From Chiloscyllium plagiosum (Eukaryota), in the NCBI RefSeq assembly GCF_004010195.1, contig NC_057754.1, positions 1,095,050 to 1,150,780 of the forward strand: a DNA stretch of 55,731 nt, in the 5' to 3' direction. Of this stretch, positions 37,387 to 47,369 are shown piece after piece (position 1 is the first letter of the stretch; every line of letters begins with the position of its first letter). The notes beneath the pieces were generated by a model, which searched no databases, had not been told where the DNA came from, and worked only from the letters and a program-made list of their open reading frames with translations. Both the position numbers and the translations under genes were made by a program.

Positions 37387-37566
37387 GAGTCCTTCCTTTT
37401 TCGTAAGTGCTCAAACACCATCAGCCCCCGCGAGTTGATACTCAGCAGCAGCTCATTCCCAGTCATGATGTCCATTCTGAACGGCTTGGAGGTGATGATC
37501 ACTTTGTACAACTTGTTTTCAAAGCCCAGTTCCACACTGTCTTCATCCCTGCCTACAACTGTTAAG
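37387..37566 (-). CDS. GANAB: GANAB exon 5
   Basis: ctttcag|C...GACTC|gtgagt, 180 nt. Translates LTVVGRDEDSVELGFENKLYKVIITSKPFRMDIMTGNELLLSINSRGLMVFEHLRKRKD(S). Confidence 0.95.
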
Positions 37567-37639
37567 CTGAAAGCCAGAAAACACATCCATTACCTTTATG
37601 CAGGATGGTCCGATTTAAAATCTATTAACAATCTGGTCA

Positions 37640-37800
37640 GAAGTCACACGACACCAGGTTACAGTTCAACAGGAAGTGACTTCTCCTGACAAAGGAGCAG
37701 CGCTCCGAAAGCTTGCAATTTCAAATAAACCCATTGGACCATTACCTGGTAACTTCTGATTTTGCCCACCCAGTCCAACACCAACACCAACACCTCCATG
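37640..37800 (+). mobile_element. Copy of the 45625-45745 family with mutated hammerhead core
   Basis: CTGACAAAGGAGCAGCGCTCCGAAAGCTT followed by aaataaacccattggaccattacctgg...cccagtccaacacc. A partial inverted arm lies upstream. Confidence 0.6.
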
Positions 37801-37874
37801 CCATGGTCTCAAAATATTTGAGCAAACCACCAGACAGCTGTTCCAGAATGCAAGGTGGGAAAACATTATAAAAA

Positions 37875-38445
37875 AACTCTTTATTCTGTACCTAATCCTG
37901 TGCTATCCCTGTCCTGGGAGGATCTGATGGGGACAGTGTTGAGAGACTTTAACTTCAGTTTAAAAGGATAGGAATAGATTTCCTCTGCATCTTTACCCCC
38001 ATGCTATACCTAGCCTGGTACAGTTTGTTGCAGACAGTGTTGAGTTATTGTTATTTTCAACCTAAAAGAGTAAAGAAAGCTTTACTCTGTACCTGGTCCA
38101 CTGTTATCCCTGTCCTCTGAGTGTTTGACGGGACAGTTTAAGTTCAGTGTTCAGCTTAAAACTCTAAGGGAGCTTCAACTTCAGTTTAAAAGGGTAGAAG
38201 GAGCTTTACTCTTAGCTAACATAGTGTTGTTCCTGTCCTGCAAATGTTTGATTGGGACAGTGTACACAGAGCTTCACTCTGTACCGTACCTACCTATGGG
38301 GACAGTATAGTTTGTGACTTTCTGCTTGAGAGAGGAGAGATAGCTTTACTCTGCATCTAATCCCGTCCTGGGAGCGTTTGATGGGGATGGTGTTGAGGAA
38401 GTTTTAGTTTCTGATTAAAAAAAGGAGTACCCTGTATTTGACCCC
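37875..38445. repeat. Degenerate tandem repeat, GANAB intron 4
   Basis: Recurring ctttactctgta...ccctgtcctgggag..tttgatggggacagtgt units. Confidence 0.7.
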
Positions 38446-38450
38446 AGACT

Positions 38451-38548
38451 GAAACAGAAATGGCTGGAAAAGCTCACCATGTCTGACAGTATCCGTGGAG
38501 AGAAATCAGGGTTAACGTTTCAGGGAGAGCGACCCTGCCTCAGAACTG
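38451..38548 (-). mobile_element. Decayed hammerhead-type short element
   Basis: Minus strand AGTT-CTGAGGC-AGGGTCGCTCTCCCT-GAAAC-GTT-AAC followed by a cagacatggtgagcttttccagc tail. Confidence 0.5.
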
Positions 38549-38709
38549 CATTCGACCCCATGTTGATTTAATTCCCGAAACCAATCGTCAGTTTAAAATT
38601 CACATTCAATAAATAGGTACCTCAATTCCTTCAACAGCTTCACAAAAAGGAGTGTACGTATCGGAATACTGTGGAGTAAGGAACCAAAACAAGTCGGCTA
38701 GCAACTTAC

Positions 38710-38837
38710 GGTACAGTAGGCGGCTCTTGCACTAACACATCCCGAACTTCATATCTTGTTTTCAGTGGATTTAATTCATTGATTTTAATCCTGGTCATAT
38801 TCCCTTGCAGACCATATACTTCAAGTAGGAGCGGAAC
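38710..38837 (-). CDS. GANAB: GANAB exon 4
   Basis: ttcacag|GTT...CC|gtaagt, 128 nt. Translates VPLLLEVYGLQGNMTRIKINELNPLKTRYEVRDVLVQEPPTV(P). Confidence 0.95.
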
Positions 38838-39511
38838 CTGTGAAAGATGCAAGGATTCACATCTCTATCCAACTCCAACCAGGGGTGACAAACCGGCTCC
38901 ACAGTAATGTCCACCCCTCCCCTCCCCTTCCCTCCCACTTGTTTAGCTCTCTGTCTGGCTGCGGCCAACATTGTGATGCTGATGTTGAGGTTCAGCTCCA
39001 GAGGTAGCAGCAAAAGAGTTCAATGTAAGTGGGCTTGGCCCACAGCAGTTTCTCCTCCCATCGCTGCTGCTATTTGTTCCAGGTTGGACTTTCCACCATT
39101 CCCAGCTCTGCTCGCTGTTTGATGACAATAGCTGAATGGAAATCAGGAAGGTGGCTGAGAAATGACCATGGAGGATGGGAAGCCCAAGCTGAAATGCCCT
39201 AGAGAAGAACAAACATGGTTTGGGGCTGTACCTGACTCCCTGTGAGGACAGGGACTGGGGCTTTGGATGGAGAGATTTAGAGCTGGCTTCAGGGGTTGTG
39301 TTCCCTTCAGCTGGAGGTGGGATCCCAACAGTCAACACAGAGTCTCAGCTAAAATATTCACCTGTATTCCCAAATGCTTCTAAACCACAGCACAGGAGAC
39401 GACCAATCCGCCCATTATTTCCATGCTGGCTCTTTGATATCAATCAGTGCATTCCAGAGCACAACAGAAATAAAATTCTCACCCCACTCCCAAAGACACA
39501 GCACCACTCAC

Positions 39512-39620
39512 CTTATTCACTTCATTAATCAGCTGCAGCTTCACGCTTTCATGGGTCACATCCAATGAGTTGAGCAGAGCGCGATAGGGAGAATTCTCCG
39601 GTTTAATATTCCTCTGTCGC
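39512..39620 (-). CDS. GANAB: GANAB exon 3
   Basis: ctttcccag|G...AAG|gtgagt, 109 nt. Translates RQRNIKPENSPYRALLNSLDVTHESVKLQLINEVNK. Confidence 0.95.
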
Positions 39621-39763
39621 CTGGGAAAGAATAATTGCAGTCATCAGACAGTTTGCATCTCAGTCCAATTGTTCTGAAATAGAACTCTCTTCAGCCAAGT
39701 GGTGGGTGCAGCAACAGCTCAAAGCAAACTGGCTCACAGATGGAGCACAGAGTTATAAATCAC

Positions 39764-40423
39764 ATGAAAGTGGAGTTGCAGGTAGATAGGATAGTGAAGG
39801 CAGCGTTTGGTATGCTTTCCTTTATTGGTCAGAGTATTGAGTACAGGAGTTGGGAGGTCATGTTGTGACTGTACAGGACGTTGGTTAGGCCACTGTTGGA
39901 ATATTGTGTACAATTCTGGTCTCTTTTCTACGGAAAGATGTTGTGAAACTTGAAAGGGTTCAGAAAAGATTTACAAGGATGTTGCCAGGGTTGGAGGATC
40001 TGAGCTATAGGGAGAGGCTGAACAGGCTGGGGCTGTTTTCCCTGGAGCGTTGGAGGCTGAGGGGTGACCTTATAGAGGTTTACAAAATTATGAGGGGCAT
40101 GGATAGGATAAATAGGCAAAGTCTTTTCCCTTGGGTCGGGGAGTCCAGAACTAGAGGGCATAGGTTTAGGGTGAGAGGGGAAAGGTATAAAAGGCACCTA
40201 AGGGGCAACTTTTTTCACGCAGAGGGTGTACGTGCCAGAGAAAGTGATGGAGGCTGGTACAATTGCAACATTTAAGAGGCATTTGGATGGGTCTCTGAAT
40301 AGGAAGGGTTTGGAGGGATATGGGCCGGGTGCTGGCAGGTGGGACTAGATTGGGTTGGGATATCTGGTCGGCATGGATGGGTTGGACCGAAGGGTCTGTT
40401 TCCATACTGTACATCTTTATGAC
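39764..40423 (+). mobile_element. CR1-type LINE 3' fragment
   Basis: LERVQKRFTRMLPGLEDLSYRERLNRLGLFSLERWRLRGDLIEVYKIM, plus 3' tail. Confidence 0.92.
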
Positions 40424-40545
40424 ATAACACCAGGATATTGTCCAGCAGGTTCAATTGGAAGTACAGGCTTTCAAATAAACTGTTGGACCATAACCTGGTG
40501 TGGTGTGGATTTTTAACTTTGTCCATCCCAGTCCAACACCTCTAC
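40424..40545. mobile_element. Palindromic remnant of the 45625-45745 family without ribozyme core
   Basis: acaccaggatattgtccagcagg...tgttggaccataacctggtgt form imperfect inverted arms, followed by the tail cccagtccaacacc. Confidence 0.55.
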
Positions 40546-40555
40546 ATTGTGGAGC

Positions 40556-41163
40556 AGAGTCACAGAGATGTACATCACAGATACAGACCTTTCAATCCAA
40601 CTCGTCCATGCTAACCAGATATCTGAAATTAATCTAGTCCCTTTTGCCAGCACCTGGCCCATATCCCTCTAAGTGCCCTGTCTGTTCATATACCCATCCA
40701 AATGCCTCTTAAATGTTGCAATTGTACCAGCCTCCACCACATCCTCTGGCAGCTCATTCCATACACGTACCACCCTCTGCCTGAAAAAGTTTCCCCTTAG
40801 GTTCCTTTTAAATCTTTCCCCTCTCTTCCTAAACCTATGCCCTCTACTTCTGGACACCCCCACCCCAGGGAAAACACCTTGACTATTTACCCTATCCATG
40901 CCCCTCATGATTTCATAAATCTCTATAAGGTCACTCCTCAGCCTCCGACGCTCCAGGGAAAACAGCCCCAGCCTGTTCAGCCTCTCCCTGTAGCTCAAAC
41001 CCTCCAACCCTGGCAACATCCTTGCAAATTTTTTCTGAACCATTTCAAGTTTTACAACATCCTTCCTACAGGAAGGAGACCAGAATTGCACACAATATTC
41101 CAAAAGTGGCCTAACCAATGTCCTGTACAGCCGCAACATGACCTCCCAACTCCTATACTCAAT
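40556..41163 (-). mobile_element. CR1-type LINE 3' fragment, inverted relative to 39764-40423
   Basis: LYRTLVRPLLEYCVQFWSP...NFFRQRVVRVWNELPEDVVEA...FKRHLD. Confidence 0.92.
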
Positions 41164-41589
41164 CCAGACAGACACAGAAATACATGATTCCGGGCACTGA
41201 AATCTAGCTCGTCAGGAATTTCTCTAACCTGGCTCAGGAATTAGCATTTGCAGGTCCCAGGGAACAAATAGCCAGCTGCTTTTCCTTACAGATAGGTAAC
41301 TAGGCACATCTAATCCACACACAACACTTTCCAACAGTCAAACCTTTATAGGCGCTTCACAGGAGTATAAATCGGACAGAAATGCTGCTCAGGGGGTATC
41401 AAAGAAAGGTATTCCACAACACAGTCAATGGCACTGGTTTTAAGAAGCTTCTTTAAAGAGAGAGGGACAGACAGGTTTAGGAAGGCAAAGTTGGACATTA
41501 ATAAGATATGGAGAGACACATGTGAAGGCTTACAAAACAAAAAAGACAATGTCAAAATGCAAGATGATGCAGGAGTATTTGCTGACATC

Positions 41590-42910
41590 TTTCACCACTC
41601 CTGACTACGACCTGAAGTCCCCTCCTGCTTCAAAAAGACCAACATCATCCTGGTGCCAAATATCCCTCATGCAGCATGCCTCAATGACTCCAGCTCAGTG
41701 GCTCTGACCTCCAACATTATGGGAGTGCTTCCAGAGGTTAGTCAGAGCTCACATCAACTCCAGCCTGCCTCAATCCCCTGCAATTCACCTCCAGTCAGAA
41801 AGGTCCATGGCCGACACCATCTTCCTGCCCCTGCATTCATCCCTGGAATGTCTCGGACTTACTGACTACAGCTCCTCTTTCAACACCATCATTCCAAACT
41901 AATCTCCAAACTCTGAGAGCAGGTCTCTGCTTCATCCCCGGCAACTAGATCTTCGACTTCCTGATGCACAGCCCACGAACAGTGAGAATAGGCAGCACCA
42001 GCTCCCTCATGATAACCTTCAACAGCAGCACCCCACAGGCTGTGTACCCAACCTCTTACTATACCCCATTATACATCCATGGCTGTGCAGGCAAACACTG
42101 TCCTAACTCCATCCACAGCTTCGCTGACGACACCATCGCTGTAGGCCTGAGACAGAGTGCTTGGTGGTGTGGTATCAAGAGAACAAGCTCACCCTCAACA
42201 TCAGCAAAACAGAAGATCTGGTCATTAACTTCAGGAAGCAAGGTGGATGGTACGTCGCTGTCTATATCATTGGAGATGGTGGAGACGGGTGCGAGCGTCA
42301 AGCTCCTCGGATCACCTGGTCCATCCACGTTGATGCTACAATCAAGAATCCATAGCCATGTCTCCACTTCCTCGGGCAGCTATGGAAATTCAGTATGTCC
42401 ATAAAGACTCTTACCAATTTTTGCAGAAAGGCACCATTTTATCTGGATGCATCTGGTATGGCTTGGTAGTCTGCCCAGGACCCAAAGAAACGACAGAATT
42501 GAGAACACAGCCCAGTCTATCACGCAATCTGGTCTTCCATCCATTGACTATTTGTGCTTCCCACTGCCTCAAAGGCAGCCATTGCCAAAGACCCCTCTCA
42601 CTCTGGTCATAATCTCTTCCAATCTCTGCCATTGGGCAGAAGATACAAAAGCTTAAACACATGGACCAACAGATACAAGAACAGCTTTTTCCCCACTGTT
42701 ATACTTCTGGATGGACCCCTTAATTTTAAATTGAATGTTGATCTTGCTCTTTGTGCACCTTCTCTGCAACTGTAACATTGTAATCCTCGTTCAGTTCTAT
42801 TACCCTAACGCACTTCGTATGTTATGATCTGCCTGTATTACACACAAAACAAGACTTTTGACTGTACCTAGATACATGTGACAATAATAAATCAAATCAG
42901 GTTAAATCAA
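41590..42910 (+). mobile_element. Degenerate Rex1/Babar-like LINE fragment
   Basis: Remnants CLNDSSSVALTS, FADDT, WYQENKLTLNISKT and DPSHSGHNLFQSLPLGRRYKSL. The tail has aataaatcaaatc repeats. Confidence 0.7.
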
Positions 42911-43113
42911 ACAATCTCACCAGTCTATGAACTAATACACCGAAAGGTGCCCTCACGTTAATACTCATTATTCGACTCGCTCAGCCTACAAGTTTAAAGT
43001 AAAACCCCATTTGCATCAATTTTACAGCTTCTAAAACATAAAAGACAAAACACTTGGAGACAAAGGACATGGATTGAGAAAGATTTTGACCCTTGTATTT
43101 TGTGAATACTTAC

Positions 43114-43215
43114 TTGCAGAATGCACTTTGTTCACAGGTTTTAAAGTTACTTCTGTCCACAGCTTCTGTTGTAGTGATATGAAGAGCCACCCAAGTTAGG
43201 AATATCCATCGCACA
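43114..43215 (-). CDS. GANAB: GANAB exon 2 (signal peptide end, mature N-terminus)
   Basis: ctctttccag|T...TGCAA|gtaagt. Translates VRWIFLTWVALHITTTEAVDRSNFKTCEQSAFC(K), containing the hallmark AVDRSNFKTC motif. Confidence 0.96.
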
Positions 43216-43584
43216 CTGGAAAGAGAGACAGTAAGTGAACCTATTTTTAAACTAACTGATCAAGTGTAGGACACCCACCAATGACTCCTCACACACCTAG
43301 AGTTTGGAACACTGTACTCACAAATACCAGAGTCAATGCTACATCAATGTACAAATCACCACATCCAACAGCATCAAATCTGATAAGCCAGTCACAAACA
43401 CATCAAAATTAGAGGTGTACAGCATTATCATAAGTTGAAAGTACTTCCCCCTCCCCACAAATTACGATTTAAAGCCTCAACATTTTTTAAAAAGTGTTTC
43501 TCGTGATCAGTCATTATTTGGAAAACGCAGCAGTCAATTTTCACACCTCTAGTTCAAGGCGTAAATGATCAGATTATGTTTTAT

Positions 43585-43905
43585 CATAGAATCACTACAA
43601 TGTGGAAACAGGCCATTCGACCCAATGTGTCCTCACCGACCCACTGAAGAGTAACTCACCCAGATCCATTCCCCTATCCTATTATTCTACATTTACTCCC
43701 AACTAATGCACCTAAGCTACACATCCCTGAACACTATGGACAATTTACATTGACCAATTTATCTAACCTGCACATTTTTAGACTGTGGGAGGAAACCCAC
43801 ACAGACGCAGGGAGAATGTGCAACTTCCACACAATTGCCCAAGGCTGGAATTGAACCCAGGTTCCAGGCGCTGTGTGGCAGCAGTGCTAACCACTGAGCC
43901 ATCAC
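43585..43905 (-). mobile_element. tRNA-derived SINE (HE1/V-SINE-like)
   Basis: Reverse complement reads tggctcagtggttagcactgctgcc...ggttcaattcc...gttgcacattctccc. The tail ends in tgtagtgattctatg. Confidence 0.8.
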
Positions 43906-44110
43906 GTTGATTAGGAAGCTGGATTCACAGGCAGGGGAATAGGAGTTGAGAGGTAGTATGAGGTAATGGGGATGGTGAGGGGAGTTGGGGAGTAGGAGAA
44001 TAAATGGGTTGAGCTGGGGGTGAAGAGGAAGTCATCTGTGGGCGGTTCATGTGGAGTGGGGGTCTATCTGTGGGTGAAGGTGAGTTAGTGGGGTGGGGGT
44101 TCTGTCTGCA

Positions 44111-44625
44111 NNNNNNNNNNNNNNNNNNNNNNNNNNNNNNNNNNNNNNNNNNNNNNNNNNNNNNNNNNNNNNNNNNNNNNNNNNNNNNNNNNNNNNNNNN
44201 NNNNNNNNNNNNNNNNNNNNNNNNNNNNNNNNNNNNNNNNNNNNNNNNNNNNNNNNNNNNNNNNNNNNNNNNNNNNNNNNNNNNNNNNNNNNNNNNNNNN
44301 NNNNNNNNNNNNNNNNNNNNNNNNNNNNNNNNNNNNNNNNNNNNNNNNNNNNNNNNNNNNNNNNNNNNNNNNNNNNNNNNNNNNNNNNNNNNNNNNNNNN
44401 NNNNNNNNNNNNNNNNNNNNNNNNNNNNNNNNNNNNNNNNNNNNNNNNNNNNNNNNNNNNNNNNNNNNNNNNNNNNNNNNNNNNNNNNNNNNNNNNNNNN
44501 NNNNNNNNNNNNNNNNNNNNNNNNNNNNNNNNNNNNNNNNNNNNNNNNNNNNNNNNNNNNNNNNNNNNNNNNNNNNNNNNNNNNNNNNNNNNNNNNNNNN
44601 NNNNNNNNNNNNNNNNNNNNNNNNN
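44111..44625. other. Assembly gap, 515 N
   Basis: N run flanked by G-rich repeats. Confidence 0.98.
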
Positions 44626-44724
44626 GTGGGGGAGGGGCCTGTCTGTGGGGGAGGGGCCTGTCTGTGGGGGAGGGGCCTGTGGGGTGGGGGAGGGGCCTGT
44701 CTGTGGGGGAGGGGGAGGGGCCTG
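44626..44724. repeat. G-rich ~19-bp repeat running into a gap, GANAB intron 1
   Basis: (GTGGGGGAGGGGCCTGTCT)n. Confidence 0.85.
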
Positions 44725-44941
44725 CCGCCTCCAGGCCGCTCCTGTTGCTAACCTCCTGGCGGCAGGAAATCCTGCTCCCCCTGAGCCCGGCTCCATTAGA
44801 AACCCCTGATAACGCACAAGTCCGTGTCCCCACGCGGAAGGAGCGAGGTTCTGGTCTCTCTCCCTACATTTGCTCCTCCCCGTCCGGGACCTACGGACAA
44901 CAGACTCAAAGGGAAACCCTAAAGCCCAGGACCCGCTTCAC

Positions 44942-44967
44942 CTCAGCCTCAGCTCCACCGCCGCCAT
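44942..44967 (-). CDS. GANAB: GANAB exon 1 (coding part)
   Basis: Minus strand AAGATGGCGGCGGTGGAGCTGAGGCTGAG|gtgaag gives MAAVELRL(S). It lies in a CpG-rich promoter, and its phase-2 end fits exon 2. Confidence 0.85.
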
Positions 44968-45305
44968 CTTGGCCGAGCTCGAGCCGCCCGCGTGACGTCA
45001 GCGCGCCCCTGAACTTTACCCGCGGACAAGCCCCGCCCCTCAGCCGGCACGGAGCGCGGACACGTCAGCTCAATCTGATTGGCATGCGCGGGCAGGGGCG
45101 GGGTCACAGGCAAGACGCGGAGCATCACGGGTGGCGGGCTCACGGCGATTTGATTGACACGACGTCGTACGTCACTGGGAACGGGGTCAGAGCGGGGTGA
45201 TTGACTTGGCTCTGTACGTCTACCGGGGCGTGGTCAGATCTCGGTGATTGACATGTTCCTGTGCTTCACTGGGGGCGGGGTCACGGCCAGGGGTGATTGA
45301 CAGCT
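44961..45305 (-). promoter_or_regulatory. GANAB CpG-rich promoter with no obvious TATA box
   Basis: YY1-like CCGCCATCTT at 44961-44970 over the ATG. TGACGTCA at 44993-45000, GACACGTCA at 45059-45067, CCAAT box (ATTGG) at 45078-45082. GC boxes near 45030, 45095 and 45271, plus four TGATTGAC motifs. Confidence 0.8.
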
Positions 45306-45624
45306 CAGACAGAGTCATTGCAGGAGGCTGTTCAGCCCATCCTGTCCAGACCTGCTGGGCCAAATGGTCTGTTTCCACACTACAAGGATTCTATGCTGGG
45401 CATCTCAGAGTATTTTCTAGAGCCCCTGTAACTCAATCTGCCCCTGCTTTACATCCATAACAAAAAGGAACAGGAATAGGCCACTGGAGTTTGCTCCACC
45501 ATTCAATAGGATCATGGCTGATCCAACATTCCTCACTCTCACTTTGCTGCCCCTTCGCCATGACCCTCAATCCCCCGCCTGATCCAGAGTCTATTAATCT
45601 CAGCCATAAATATCCACCATGACT

Positions 45625-45745
45625 TGGAGGTGCGGGTGTTTGACTGGGGTGGACGAGGTTAAAAAATCACACCACACCAGGTTATAGTCCAACAGGTTCA
45701 TTTGGAAGCACTAGCTTTCGGAGCGACGCTCCTTCATCAGGTGGC
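45625..45745 (-). mobile_element. Short hammerhead-bearing element (Penelope-type terminal repeat)
   Basis: Intact core followed by cttccaaatgaacctgttggactataacctggtgtggtgtgattttttaacc...cagtcaaacacc, shared with the 37640 and 40424 copies. Confidence 0.7.
45709..45743 (-). ncRNA. Minimal type I hammerhead core
   Basis: Minus strand CAC-CTGATGA-A-GGAGC-GTC-GCTCC-GAAA-GC-TA-GTG. Stem I is CAC/GTG, stem II is a perfect 5 bp, loop III has palindromic AGCT, and the NUH triplet is CUA. Confidence 0.72.
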
Positions 45746-46002
45746 TCTGGGAATGGAATCTTTAACTATCTGTGAACATACACACCCAGATCCCTGTGCA
45801 GCCACAGTCCCTCAGAATTGTACCCAATATTGGATATTGTATTTCCATATTTCTTCAAACCACAAATCCATCAGGTCTCTGCACTCAACTTTATCTGTGA
45901 CCTACCCTCCATGCTCTGTCAACCTGTCGATGGCTTCCTCACAGTTCACAGCATTTCACATCATTCACAAACTTTTAAACAATGCTCTGTAGACCGATAG
46001 GT

Positions 46003-47010
46003 AGAGCAGGGGGGATAGAGTGAGAGAGCAGGGGGGGATAGAGTGAGAGAGCAGGGATAGAGTGAGAGAGCAGGGGGGATAGAGTGAGANNNNNNNNNNN
46101 NNNNNNNNNNNNNNNNNNNNNNNNNNNNNNNNNNNNNNNNNNNNNNNNNNNNNNNNNNNNNNNNNNNNNNNNNNNNNNNNNNNNNNNNNNNNNNNNNNNN
46201 NNNNNNNNNNNNNNNNNNNNNNNNNNNNNNNNNNNNNNNNNNNNNNNNNNNNNNNNNNNNNNNNNNNNNNNNNNNNNNNNNNNNNNNNNNNNNNNNNNNN
46301 NNNNNNNNNNNNNNNNNNNNNNNNNNNNNNNNNNNNNNNNNNNNNNNNNNNNNNNNNNNNNNNNNNNNNNNNNNNNNNNNNNNNNNNNNNNNNNNNNNNN
46401 NNNNNNNNNNNNNNNNNNNNNNNNNNNNNNNNNNNNNNNNNNNNNNNNNNNNNNNNNNNNNNNNNNNNNNNNNNNNNNNNNNNNNNNNNNNNNNNNNNNN
46501 NNNNNNNNNNNNNNNNNNNNNNNNNNNNNNNNNNNNNNNNNNNNNNNNNNNNNNNNNNNNNNNNNNNNNNNNNNNNNNNNNNNNNNNNNNNNNNNNNNNN
46601 NNNNNNNNNNNNNNNNNNNNNNNNNNNNNNNNNNNNNNNNNNNNNNNNNNNNNNNNNNNNNNNNNNNNNNNNNNNNNNNNNNNNNNNNNNNNNNNNNNNN
46701 NNNNNNNNNNNNNNNNNNNNNNNNNNNNNNNNNNNNNNNNNNNNNNNNNNNNNNNNNNNNNNNNNNNNNNNNNNNNNNNNNNNNNNNNNNNNNNNNNNNN
46801 NNNNNNNNNNNNNNNNNNNNNNNNNNNNNNNNNNNNNNNNNNNNNNNNNNNNNNNNNNNNNNNNNNNNNNNNNNNAGAGATATGGGGGGATAGAGTGAGA
46901 GAGGAGGGGGTATAGAGTGAGAGAGGAGGGGGTATAGAGTGAGAGAGGAGGGGGTATAGAATGAGAGAGGAGGGGGTATAGAGTGAGAGAGGAGGGGGTA
47001 TAGAGTGAGT
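46003..47010. repeat. Purine-rich ~22-24-bp repeat spanning the 786-N gap
   Basis: GGGGG(A/T)ATAGAGTGAGAGAG(C/G)A units on both sides of the gap. Confidence 0.85.
46090..46875. other. Assembly gap, 786 N
   Basis: N run flanked by the same purine-rich repeat. Confidence 0.98.
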
Positions 47011-47363
47011 GAGCAGGTAGCAGTCACGGTATATGTGGAACTGGGAGCTACTTCCCTATTAGTGGCCATTCAGCCCCTCGAGCATGCTCTGTCATTCAAT
47101 AGAATCACAACCGATCTCCTAGCACAGTGCCGTGTTCTCACCTTTCAGCCTGATCATTAATTATCTCATTGTACAAGCATGTATCCGTTATGGACATACT
47201 GTGTCTGAGCACTGATAGCCCCTTGAGGTGGAGTGTCCTCTGGGGCAGAGAGTTTTAAACATTCATGGTGAAGTAATGTCTCACGGGACTGACTGACTTT
47301 AGGATGGTCTCCCAGTAGAGGGTCAGGTTGGAGTGTTCAATACCAGCAGCACACACATTAACA

Positions 47364-47369
47364 TTTATT
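47364..47369 (-). terminator. Candidate INTS5 polyadenylation signal AATAAA
   Basis: First minus-strand AATAAA I found downstream of the INTS5 stop. It is followed by GU-rich sequence (tgttaatgtgtgtgctg). Confidence 0.55.

Noticed and set aside
10326..44967. Two convergent GH31 paralogs (e.g. GANAB plus GANC)
   Set aside because: The two exon sets do not overlap, are consecutive and phase-compatible, and both are GANAB-like.
45055..45085. Canonical ERSE (CCAAT-N9-CCACG)
   Set aside because: CCAAT is followed after 9 nt by CTGAC, not CCACG.
8662..47069. ORFs containing long X runs
   Set aside because: They are artefacts of translating N gaps.
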